Shown piece after piece: positions 47,066 to 56,932 of a stretch of DNA of 64,000 nucleotides. The notes under the pieces are model-generated. The model ran no database searches, was not told the DNA's origin, and was given only the letters and a program-made list of their open reading frames with translations. The stretch is from an uncultured Acidobacteriota bacterium (GTDB lineage: Bacteria; Acidobacteriota; Terriglobia; Terriglobales; Acidobacteriaceae), in contig CAWGYN010000008.1 of the NCBI GenBank assembly GCA_963826735.1, positions 62,489-126,488 of the forward strand, given 5' to 3'. Positions within the stretch are counted from its first letter, which is position 1. Each line of letters starts with the position of its first letter. The position numbers were made by a program, and so were the translations under genes.

Positions 47066-47243
47066 GAGGCCTCCTGGGGATCGAAGCCGTCGGGAGCCGC
47101 TCTTCACGGCGCCTGGGGTGGGGCGGATTCGGGCTTCAAACTTCCTGGGGCGTCAGCACTTGCCTTCAGTGCCCCTGACCGGAAAACCGCTTTCGACGAC
47201 CACGATTCCCATTCAGAAGACCAGCTTTGCGGTCCGTCAGGCT

Positions 47244-47257
47244 GTGATTGAGATCAC
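47244..47257. promoter_or_regulatory. Putative CRP/FNR-family site between divergent radical SAM and USP genes
   Basis: GTGAT-TGAG-ATCAC. Confidence 0.55.
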
Positions 47258-47506
47258 TTTATGCGGCCGTTATCGGTACCGTAAGCGCCCCGCTAGACAA
47301 TTTTGGGAATCGGGCACACAATCATCTCACTTGTGGCCACATCCGCCCCTCATGAACATCTATAGTGGCGGAACAGGCAGTTTTCTACCCGGCTGCAGAC
47401 GTTCGGATCGAGTCGGGGTGAGACGCATCACCTTGCGATGTGCGGTAAAACACCGCTAAACATCTTGAAATCTGCAACCATTTGACCGCACCGCAAGGAG
47501 GTTCCT

Positions 47507-48467
47507 ATGGCAGCCGTATTGAAGCCAGGTTGGAGCAAACCCTCCACCATCCTCTTCGCCTCCGAGATACCCGCCAACCATAAGGCCTTCGCGTTCGCGC
47601 TCGCGCAAGCCCAGGAGTTCGGCTCGGATCTCATCCTTTTTCACGCTTATGACACCCTGGTCGTGGCCGCATCTGAGGCCTCCGGCATTCGTTACTACGA
47701 TTACGCCGCCGCCGCGCGCAGCGAGAAGCAGCATCTGGAGCCTCTGGCACAACGCGCCCGCGAAGCGGGCCTCCATTGTGAGGTGGTGGTGCGGCCAGGG
47801 CTGCCCGCCGACGAAATTCTCGCCTTCACGCACGAGCGCGAGATCGACCGCATCGTGATGGGCACGCACTCGCCCGGCCCTATCGGCAAGTTGCTAGTCG
47901 GTTCGGTGGCTGAGGCGGTGTTGCGCACCGCCAGTTCGCCGGTCTACATCATCGGTCCCGACGTGGTCGATGGGAGCTATCGCAACTTTGCCACGCGCAC
48001 CATTCTCTGCGCCGTAAGCCTGCACGAAGCCAGCACCGTCGTGGCCGCCTTTGCCGCGGAACTGGCCTGCGCAGCACGGCGCGCGCCTCATTCTGCAGCA
48101 CGTGATCCGCCCCCAGGAACGCGCCGAGTTCCTCGCCGGCCGTTCGCTCGATGAAGTGGAAGCGGGTATGCTTGCGCTGGTTCCCCCCGAGCTGCAGGGC
48201 CAGGTCGCCATCCAGACCATCGTGGTTCCCGGCGACCCGACTGAGGAGTTGCTTTATCAAAGCCACTCGCAGCACGCCGACCTGATCGTTCTCGGTGCGC
48301 AGGGTGCATCGGCTTTTGCCGCCATCACTCGCCATGGCGTGGTCTACAAGATCCTGGCCCACACCCAGTGCCCGGTCATCACGCTTTCCCCGGTGGTTCT
48401 GGCTCGGTGCGGCTCCAAGTCTGAGAAGCTGCAGCCTGCCGAAGCCTACCTGGCCGGCGTTTTCTAG
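47507..48467 (+). CDS. Universal stress protein, two domains (frameshift near 48070)
   Basis: IDRIVMGTH...LLVGSVAEAVLR and ADLIVLGA...KILAHTQCPVITL; AAGGAGG RBS. Confidence 0.88.
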
Positions 48468-48658
48468 TCCAATTCGCGCGCAGCAAATCCCCTCACTGGG
48501 GACTGCTGTGTCCGGATTCGCGCACGGTCCGGCCCACATCGTGGCCCGCCTCGCTTGGACCTTCCAATTCGCCTTGCGGTATACTTTGCCCAAAGGGGCG
48601 GCTCGCGTTTGCCGCTTCCCAAGCGAGGTGCGTCTTCTCAAGGGATTCCGTCAGCCGG

Positions 48659-49618
48659 ATGACCGACGTTCCACTATCGCAAACAACGCGCTGGCGTGCG
48701 GTGGTTCGCGTGCTGCGAAGTCCCATGGATAGTCTGAGTTGCACGCTCCTTCCCGCCTTCTGCTCTCTCTGCGGCTCGCTTCTGCCGCGGCTCTCTTTCG
48801 TGCCAATTTGTGATGTCTGCTGGACGGAATTCCCGCTCCAGACCGGCCCGTGTGTCAGCGCTGCGGCGACGCGCTCCCCGCCTCGCCCGGCGACCGGAAT
48901 CTCCGCATTGTGCCGCGCCTGCCGTCTGGCGCCGCCGCCGTTTGTCCGCGCCGTTTCCTACGGCGTCTACCAGGGCCGCATGCGCGAGGCCATTCACGCG
49001 CTCAAATACGACCGCCTGCACCCGGCAGCGCCCGGCCTGGGCCGCATGCTCGCTGAAGCCATCGCGCAACTCGCCGGCGAGGCTCCGGCAGAGATGCTGG
49101 TGGTTCCCGTGCCGCTGCACCCGTCCAAGTACGCGCAGCGCGGATTCAACCAGTCGCGTTCGCTTGCCGCTGCGGCCCTGGGATTCCTGCGCAAGAGCCA
49201 TCCGCAATGGCGGCTCACGCTCGCCTCCAGCACGCTGCTATGCGCCAGCGCGCCACGGAAAGCCAGGCCGGACTCACTCCGCGCCAGCGCCGCCTGAATG
49301 TGCGCGGCGCGTTCATGGTCTCCGATCCCGCAAGAGTGACGGCGCAGCACGTTTTGATCGTCGACGACATTTTGACCACCGGCGCCACAGCGCGCGCCGC
49401 GGCCCAGGCGCTGGTCGCAGGCCGGGGCCGCATCCGTTTGGGTGGCCACGCTGGCGCGTGCGCAACGCGTCGCAAGATTTGGCAGCACATCTGTTTACGA
49501 ATACATGGAGGAAGAGGAGCCGCTCGCCGGCACAGCGGCAGTGGACCCGTACGCCGCAAGTTTCAGCTCGACAGTTTTCAGCACGAATGGATCGGCGATA
49601 GAGCAACCATCTTTTTAG
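48659..49618 (+). CDS. comF: ComF-family protein (double zinc ribbon plus PRTase; frameshifted)
   Basis: CxxC pairs, AIHALKY, VPVPLH...RGFNQS, RRLNVRGAF and LIVDDILTTGAT motifs; start uncertain. Confidence 0.82.
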
Positions 49619-49633
49619 CCCGGGGGAAAAGAG

Positions 49634-50255
49634 ATGTCGTTGGGAAAAGCCATGATTCACGCGCGCAAGCAGAAAGCCATTGCCAAGGCCGTAGTGCTGG
49701 CCGGCGGCCACGAGACCGTGCAGCACTCGCACGTCCACATCCTGCAGATGCCGGTGCTGGTGCTCAATGCTTCCTATGAGCCCATCAACATCTGCGGCGC
49801 GCGCCGCGCCCTGGTGCTGGTGCTCAAGGGCATTGCGCGCACTGAGGAGGAGCACGGCCTCTCGCTGCACGCGCAGCGCACCATCATCGCCATGCCCTCG
49901 GTCATTCGCCTTCTTGAATACCGCCGCATCCCCCACCAGACCCGCGCCCTCTCGCGCAAGAACATCCTGCTGCGCGACCGCAACACCTGCCAGTACTGCG
50001 GCGAAGCGCTGCCGCCCGGCGAACTCACCCTCGACCACGTGGTGCCCGCGCTCCCGCGGCGGCAACTCCACCTGGGAGAATCTCGTCGCCTGCTGCCACG
50101 AATGCAACCGCCACAAAGGCAACCGCATGCTCAGCGAGATCGACGACATGATCCTGCTGCGCGAGCCGCGCCCCTTCTCGCTGCACACCAGCCGCCAGAT
50201 CATGCGCATGCTGGGCCGCAGCGACGACCGCTGGCGCAAGTACCTGTTCTATTAA
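49634..50255 (+). CDS. HNH endonuclease, McrA-like (frameshift near 50045)
   Basis: [41 protein letters not shown] and [16 protein letters not shown] motifs. Confidence 0.88.
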
Positions 50256-50264
50256 CGCAAATCA

Positions 50265-50836
50265 ATGACGTCGTTCGGTTCAGTCGAATTCAATATCGAA
50301 GAGCTATCGGATCGACTGCTGATTCGGTACGCCCGCCGTGCGGGTTGGATCGAGCGCATTCTTGCGCCAGCGCTAGTGCCCGTGCTCGCATGGATCGGAT
50401 GGATTCGGCAAGAGCCAGGCCCTGTTATCGGCGCGGCCGTGCTGCTCTTGTTCCTGGTCGTCCGCTGGACGCGAGGGCATGAAAGCGCACTTCAAATTCT
50501 TCCTGATAGATTGATTTACTCCAGTTATTTCCAGGACGAGAAGGAGACCTTGCTCGCCGACGTGGAGACCATTCGCTGGCTAGGCCGATTTGCTCCCTGG
50601 ATCCAACCTGGACTCAAGAAGGTCTGTACATTTCGCGTCGCGGACGCGGCGAGTGTATTCTTCCGCTCGTCACGAAGGAACAAGCGCGAGCTGTAACCAG
50701 CGCAATCTCCCGGAGATTCCCTGAGTACCCTGTCGACGTGCCTATTCCGGGATCGGCATGGTTTGACGCACTTCCGGACATGACTGCATTCACGATGCCG
50801 AGTAGCACAGATCCCGACCCGGGCAAGAAAGACTGA
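50265..50836 (+). CDS. Hypothetical membrane protein (probable frameshift near 50610)
   Basis: Two TM segments then a soluble domain; the alternate frame continues [17 protein letters not shown]... to TGA at 50836. Confidence 0.5.
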
Positions 50837-50884
50837 AGCTGCACAAGCCTCGATCCCACCGTATCTCCCCTCAGCGCGAACCCC

Positions 50885-51003
50885 GGGTGCCCCACATCTC
50901 GCCTTTGAGATGTGGGAAAGCACGAACCTCCAGCCCATTTTTTCAACTCAGCACGAATGCCGGGTGCCCCATCCTAAACGCGTTTTGTGCGATTAGGGTG
51001 GGA
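50885..51003. repeat. Two GGGTGCCCCA...TGGGA REP-like palindromes
   Basis: gggtgccccacatctcgcctttgagatgtggga and gggtgccccatcctaaacgcgttttgtgcgattagggtggga. Confidence 0.8.
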
Positions 51004-51074
51004 CAGCACGACCCTCAACCCTCTCTTTCTCAGCCCACCAACGAAGCCGGAAGCTCCAGCGTAAAATGGCCGCA

Positions 51075-52827
51075 ATGAACTCCCGCCATCGTTCCGTCTT
51101 CTTTCTTGCACTCCTGCTTTTTCCCGCCGCGACATTCTGCGCACCTCCCCAGCCTCCCGATTTCGGCCCGAACGTCTTTCGTCTTCACGCCGTCCATGCC
51201 CGCGGCCGCCATCCAGCAGCAGATCGACAAGGTCTACGCCATCCAGCAACTCAGCGAATTCGGCACCGCCCGTTTTGCCCTGCTCTTCCTGCCCGGCGAA
51301 TACAAAGCCGACATCCCCATCGGCTTTCTACACCGAAATCGCAGGCCTCGGTGCATCGCCCGACGCCGTGCACATCACCGGCAACGTCCATGCCGACGCC
51401 AGTCGTCCGCAACAACAACGCCACCTGCACCTTTTGGCGCGGCGTTTCAGGCTTGGCCGTCACGCCCACCGGCGGGGCGATACCCGGAACCATGCAATGG
51501 GCCGTCTCGCAGGCCGCGCCCTTCCGCCGCATGCACATCGAAGGCGACCTCGTGCTCCACCAGAATCGCGGCTGGGCCAGCGGCGGCTGGATGTCGGATT
51601 CGTTAATCGATGGCAATGTGGACTCCGGATCGCAGCAGCAGTGGATCGCGCGCAACTCCGAGTGGCACAGTTGGACCGGCTCCAACTGGAACATGGTTTT
51701 TGTCGGCGACGTCGTTCCGCCCGCGGGCGAGTGGCCGTCGCCGACTTACACGAAAGTGGCCCGCGTTCCCATCGTGCGCGAGAAGCCCTTTCTCTTTGTC
51801 GATGCGCACGGCGATTACTTCGTGCGCATCCCCGAACTGCGCGCCAACAGCATAGGCATCACCTGGCGCTCCGGCACAACTCCCGGAAGTTCTGTCCCTC
51901 TTTGCCCGCTTCTACATCGCGCATCCCGATGACACTGCCGCCGCAATCAACGCGCAACTCGCGCGCGGCAAGCATCTTCTCTTCACTCCCGGCATCTACG
52001 AGCTCACCGAGCCCATTCATGTCACGCGCCCCGGCACCCTGGTTCTCGGCCTCGGCTTTGCCACGCTCAAACCTGTTAACGGTACAGCCGCTCTCACCAC
52101 CGACGACGTCGATGGCGTGATTCTGGCCGGACTGCTCATTGATGCTGGTCCCGAGCAATCGCCGGTTCTCGTCGAAATCGGTCCCAGCGGCAGCCACGCG
52201 AATCAGTCCCGCAATCCCATCTCACTGCATGACGTTTTCTTCCGAGTGGGCGGCGCAGGCGTGGGCCGCGCGAAGGTGAATCTGCGCGTGAATGCGAACG
52301 ACACGATCATCGATCACACATGGATCTGGCGAGCCGATCACGGCGTTGCGGGCGTGGGCTGGGATCAGAACCTCAGCGCTAACGGTCTCGTCGTCAATGG
52401 CAATCGCGTCACCGCCTACGGCCTTTTTGTTGAGCACCATCAGCAGTACCAGGTGTTGTGGAATGGCAACGCCGGCCGCACCTACTTCTACCAATCGGAA
52501 ATTCCCTACGATCCGCCCGATCAGGCCAGCTATTCCAGCGGTGCGGGCGTCAATGGTTGGGCCTCCTACAAAGTCGCCGATCGCGTCACCACGCATGAGG
52601 CCTGGGGCCTTGGTGTTTACTCGGTCTTCCGCCATCCCAACGTGGTGCTCACCCGCGCTATTGAGGTGCCGCAGGTTTCCGGCGTTCGTTTTCATCACAT
52701 GATTACCGTTGCGCTCGACAACCTGGGCGAGATCTCGAACGTCATCGACAATGCCGGGTGGCGCGACCGTCACGAAGCCGCGCTTTACGCCCAAGCTCGC
52801 GGAGTTCCCGCTGCTTGCGGATCATGA
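51075..52827 (+). CDS. Secreted GH55-like exo-beta-1,3-glucanase (frameshifted)
   Basis: PDFGPNV, NATCTFWR, WAVSQAAPFRRMH, WASGG, SQQQW, REKPFL, DHTWIWRADHG and FYQSEIPYD motifs as in bacterial GH55. Confidence 0.75.
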
Positions 52828-52836
52828 AGGTCAGAG

Positions 52837-53640
52837 ATGATGAAGCGCATCCGTTCAAGCCAGATCGACAAATGCTCGCACCGTATCCGCGCGTTGGCCG
52901 CGATTCTCGCAGTCGATGTTTTCGCCGTGCCGTTCGCTTTCGCGCAATCGCAGCCCGGCGCGCCAGCGCAGCCATCCTTCGAAGCGGCAACCATCAAGCC
53001 CACGCCGAGCGCTGATCCCGGCAAAGGCTACTGGAGCCCTCCCGGCACTGGTCGCTTTTTCGCCCACGGTGTCTCCGTCCAATTCCTCATTCAGATGGCC
53101 TATGGCATCGAAGCCGATCAAATCTCCGGCAAACCCTCATGGCTCGACTCGGATTTCTATGACATCGAAGCCAAACCGGAAGAGGGAATCAAGCTTTCGC
53201 GCGACGAATTGAAGCCGCGCTTGTAGAATCTCCTCGCGGAGCGCTTTCATCTTGCGGCGCACTTCGAAACGAAGATGGTGCGCGGCTACGCCTTGGTCGT
53301 CGCCAAAGGCGGGCCCAGAATGCAGCCCACCAAGGGCGATCATTTTCCCGGTTTCCGCACCAACACCGGCGCTGGCAGGCTCGAAGGCTTCAACTGGTCG
53401 ATGCCGTATCTCGCCTCCATGCTGCAACGCGTGACAAGTCTTCCCGTCGTCGACCGAACCGGCATCGCCGGCAGCTACGATATCAAACTCGAATTCGCGC
53501 CGGATATCGAGCAGGATTCGACTTTGCCATCCGTCTTCACCGCGCTGCGCGAGGCGCTTGGCCTGGAGCTGCACGCGCAGCAGATTCCCCAGCAGGTACT
53601 GGTCATCGACCACATCGACCGCGTTCCCGCGGCGAACTAA
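52837..53640 (+). CDS. TIGR03435-family protein with an in-frame TAG at 53224
   Basis: FEAATIKP, LIQMAYG, PSWLDSDFYDIEAK, L*NLLAERFHL, PVVDRTG, SVFTALREALGL and LVIDHI motifs; both halves are in the same frame. Confidence 0.82.
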
Positions 53641-53835
53641 TCCGCACTCGGCCGCAACGATCTGCGCCGTCGCAACTCATTGAATCCGCAGCCACTCCGC
53701 CACCTTCGGGCTCGCCTCGTCTCCCTCATCCCGTCAAACCATGGAGTACTTTGCCTCTTCCGGACATCTAATGATGTAAGTCGAGAGGCGCGCCGTCCAC
53801 AGATTGCGGGCGGGCCTTTGATAGGAGTTAGAAAT

Positions 53836-54780
53836 ATGCTGATGCAGAAACTTCATGCCGCTGCCTTGTTCGCGGCCGGATCATTGCTTACGGCGACTTT
53901 TGCCCTGGCCGCAGAACAGAAACAGGAAGTTCCAGCAAGCGCGGTCATCACCATCCTCCCCGAAAATGAAATGCCCGGCGGCATTCCCCAGGAAGCCGTG
54001 CACCTGAAGGTTGACGGCAAGCCATCGAACATCACCGGCTTCACGCCGCTGCGCGAGCCCAAGAGCAAAGTGGAAATGGTGGTGCTCATCGACGACGGTG
54101 CGCGCTCTAGCCTGGGACTGCAGCTGAACGACGTTGCGAAGTTCATTGAGAGCCAGCGCCCCGATACCAAGGTCGGTGTCGCCTACATGGAGAATGGCCG
54201 CGCGGCGTTCGGCGGGCCGCTTACCACCGATCACGAATCTGCCCTTCGTAGTTTGCATCTGACCGCAGGGCGCGGTGAAGCCGGCATCAGCGGCAGTCCC
54301 TACTTCTGCCTCTCCGATCTCGCGAAGAATTGGCCCTCCAGCGACACTCACGCGCGGCGCGAAGTGGTTATGATCACTGACGGCGTAGACTACTACGACA
54401 TGCGCTACGATCCGGGGGATCCCTACGTGCAGAGCGCTATGGACGATGCCGTGCGCGCACGCGTGATCGTCTATGCCATCTATTGGCGCAGCTCTGATCG
54501 CTTTGACCGCACCAATTACGGAGCCGACACTGGCCAGAACCTGCTCGCGCAAATCACTGCAGGCACTGGCGGTACCAGCTACTGGCAGGGAACAGGCAAC
54601 CCGGTGAGCTTCGTTCCCTACTTCGCCGACATCGACCGGCGTCTCGACAACCAATACGAACTGGACTTTGTGACGGCGGTCGGCGACAAGCCGCAGATGC
54701 AGACCATCAAGCTCTCGGTCAGCGCTCACGCCAAGGTCACTGCGCCGCAAGAAGTGTACGTGCACCCAGGCGCGGAGTAA
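53836..54780 (+). CDS. Secreted VWA-like domain protein
   Basis: Signal peptide; VVLIDDG, FTTDH-like, SPYFCLSDL and REVVMITDG motifs. Confidence 0.7.
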   Translation: MLMQKLHAAALFAAGSLLTATFALAAEQKQEVPASAVITILPENEMPGGIPQEAVHLKVDGKPSNITGFTPLREPKSKVEMVVLIDDGARSSLGLQLNDVAKFIESQRPDTKVGVAYMENGRAAFGGPLTTDHESALRSLHLTAGRGEAGISGSPYFCLSDLAKNWPSSDTHARREVVMITDGVDYYDMRYDPGDPYVQSAMDDAVRARVIVYAIYWRSSDRFDRTNYGADTGQNLLAQITAGTGGTSYWQGTGNPVSFVPYFADIDRRLDNQYELDFVTAVGDKPQMQTIKLSVSAHAKVTAPQEVYVHPGAE

Positions 54781-55379
54781 TCTGCGGGGGACGCGATCGG
54801 AAAGTCTGGATTCTTGCACGCTGGGTGGTGTGTTTCGTTAAGTCTCGCAGGACCAGGCGTAATGTTCGATTTAAGGCGACCTCTCCGCGAGCACGAACTT
54901 GCTCTCCGCGAGTGCGAACCTGCTTCCTCCGCGAATACGAAACCCATCTGCATGTTGCGTCCCTCGCGGGTTAGCGAAGCTGGTGGACGATTGATACGGG
55001 ACTTGTGATTTTTGGCGCGGCTGGAAGCAGCGCCCTGATATAGGGCCTAAAAGTACATGTTCGCGCTTTCCCAAGTCTCAGCTCGAGCTTCCCACATCTC
55101 GGAGGCGAGATGTGGCGCACCCGGCGGCACGGTCGTGACCGCAGCGTCTCCCTATCAACACGCATCTGTGATTCCGATTCGTGATTGCACAGCAGTCGAT
55201 GCAAAATGTCGTTGTTGCCGCAAGGAAAATCTGTTTGTTGGAGATTTATTGCGGGTTTTTTGCCGGATGATTACTGGTCAAAGCGGCTCATCAATGCGGG
55301 AAACTTTGTCGTTGACATGCGAAAGTCGCAACTATGCACCAACCCTGGTGAAATCCACAAATTTACTTGACTTTTGCAC

Positions 55380-55409
55380 TTGCTTCCACAGATTGATCGG
55401 ACGTACTGT
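55380..55409 (+). promoter_or_regulatory. Putative sigma70 promoter for the repeat RNA
   Basis: TTGCTT (55380-85), 18-nt spacer, TACTGT (55404-09) in an AT-rich tract; a second TTGACT lies at 55367. Confidence 0.55.
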
Positions 55410-55415
55410 CTCTTT

Positions 55416-56294
55416 AACTGATGACCCGTTAGGGCATCGGAGTTGGGAGCCGGAAGGCTGGAAGAGTAAACAGTCGGCGCAAGCCGAAAGTTGATCGCCA
55501 GCAAGGTTGACGGAGTGGACAGCCGGTGAGAACCGGAGGATGGCCGCCAGCCCGGACAGAGGGTGAAACCTGAGGCGCAAGCCGCAGAGGGATCGCTGGA
55601 CGCACCAGAAGTGCAAAAGCCGACGCAAGTCGGAAGATGTTTAGCTGGAAGATTCCGGAAGATGCAAGGGCCGGTGGAAACAGAATACTCATCGACGGCT
55701 TCGCCGGCGATGCAAGGTTCAGTTGAAACAAGGAGTGCATCAGAGGCTCAGCCGGAGAAGGAGCCACGAGGCGCAAGCCGAGAGGTTCACGGCCGGTGAA
55801 GACGGAAGGTGAAGCAGCCAGTGCAAACCGGAGGCGGAGCCAACCGAGGGGCAGGGGCAGCAGAAGGCGCAAGCCGGATGAAGCCGCCAGCCGAGCCAAA
55901 GGACGGCATCCGATGCGAATCGGAGGTAGGTTGTCGGCCTGGTCCTAGGAAGGGCCATACGGCGCAAGCCGGATGGAACGAGGATCGTCAGGCGCAAGCC
56001 TGATGGATCGCCGAAGATTGATCGGAAGTGCGGAACAGCCGATGCGAGTCGGAGGTTTGCAGCCGGTCGAGCCGAAGGACACGAAACCGATCCGAGCCGG
56101 AAGGTTGGCCACCGGTCGAGCTGGAGTGCAGGGCACCGACGCAAGTCGGAGTTCTCAATCCAGCGCAGCCAGAGGTAGCAGCGCCAGCGAAAGCTGGAGG
56201 GCGGCCACTGGGGGAGCCGGAGGACGCAACACCGACTGTACTGCGAGTGATCAAGATTGAAACGCCAGAGGCTTCGGTCTCTGGCGTTTTCAAT
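55416..56294 (+). ncRNA. Candidate large modular structured RNA: about 16 units of about 49 nt with GNRA hairpins
   Basis: Periodic hairpins with compensatory changes and GCAA/GAGA/GCGA/GAAA loops; flanked by a promoter-like sequence and a terminator; no credible ORF. Confidence 0.7.
56256..56294 (+). terminator. Intrinsic terminator
   Basis: AAACGCCAGAGGC-TTCG-GTCTCTGGCGTTTT; C(UUCG)G loop followed by TTTTCAATTT. Confidence 0.8.
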
Positions 56295-56431
56295 TTAGGG
56301 GGCTTTTGGGCGGCGGATCTTGCGCAACGCATATCGATGAGTCTCCGATTCGCCGAACTGCGATCACTCCGCTGACGGCGCGCACGGCACCCGATTCTTT
56401 CTACGCATTACACTGGATGCGGAGAATCCCT

Positions 56432-56932
56432 ATGCGATTGGGTTGTGTTGGAAGGGCCGGCGTCTGCGCCGCTCTCACGTTGTTGTGCGCTGCTCCGGGC
56501 GGGACGCGCGCGGCGGGCCAGTGGGCTGCGCCATCGCCGTCGAGCGCGTCGTCCATTCCTACTTCCGTGCTGCTGCAGCCGGAGGAGCTGAACCATCTGC
56601 TGCAAACGCCGGGCGCGGATAAGCCGCTCGTTCTGCAGGTTGGTTCGCATGTGCTGTTCGCCCAGGCGCACATCCCTAAGTCTGAGTACGCAGGAGCGGG
56701 CTCGCAGGATGCCGGCGCGCAAATGCTGCGCAACCGCGTGGCGTCGCTGCCGCGCAAGACCTTCATCGTGCTCTATTGCGGCTGTTGTCCGTGGGGCCGC
56801 TGTCCTAATGTGGGGCCAGCCTACAAGCTGCTGCTCGACATGGGATTCACGCGCGTGAAGGTTCTCTATCTGGCCGACAACTTTGGCGCGGACTGGGCGA
56901 ACAAGGGGTTTCCGGTTGAGAGTGGACACTAG
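56432..56932 (+). CDS. Secreted rhodanese-like domain protein
   Basis: Signal peptide; AHIP, IVLYCGCCPWGRCPNV, GFTRVKVL and W..KGFPVE motifs; start could be 56417. Confidence 0.8.
   Translation: MRLGCVGRAGVCAALTLLCAAPGGTRAAGQWAAPSPSSASSIPTSVLLQPEELNHLLQTPGADKPLVLQVGSHVLFAQAHIPKSEYAGAGSQDAGAQMLRNRVASLPRKTFIVLYCGCCPWGRCPNVGPAYKLLLDMGFTRVKVLYLADNFGADWANKGFPVESGH

Noticed and set aside
49634-50255. HNH nuclease as part of a defence system or linked to the repeat RNA
   Set aside because: It is a common small stand-alone McrA-like family next to comF, about 5 kb from the array, with no methylase or other defence partner.
52837-53640. Amber recoding or pyrrolysine
   Set aside because: Only one instance; TAG is a normal stop for glpK, the sugar porter and others, and there are no pyl genes in the window.
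55416-56294. CRISPR array interpretation of the periodic repeats
   Set aside because: Repeats are not identical (structure conserved, sequence varying), the intervening parts resemble each other instead of being unique spacers, and there are no cas genes in the window.
55332-56375. Short ORFs on both strands over the repeat array (e.g. 55429-55899, 55740-56144, 56028-56375)
   Set aside because: No single frame spans the array, the period of about 49 nt is not a stable multiple of 3, and the products lack recognisable motifs.
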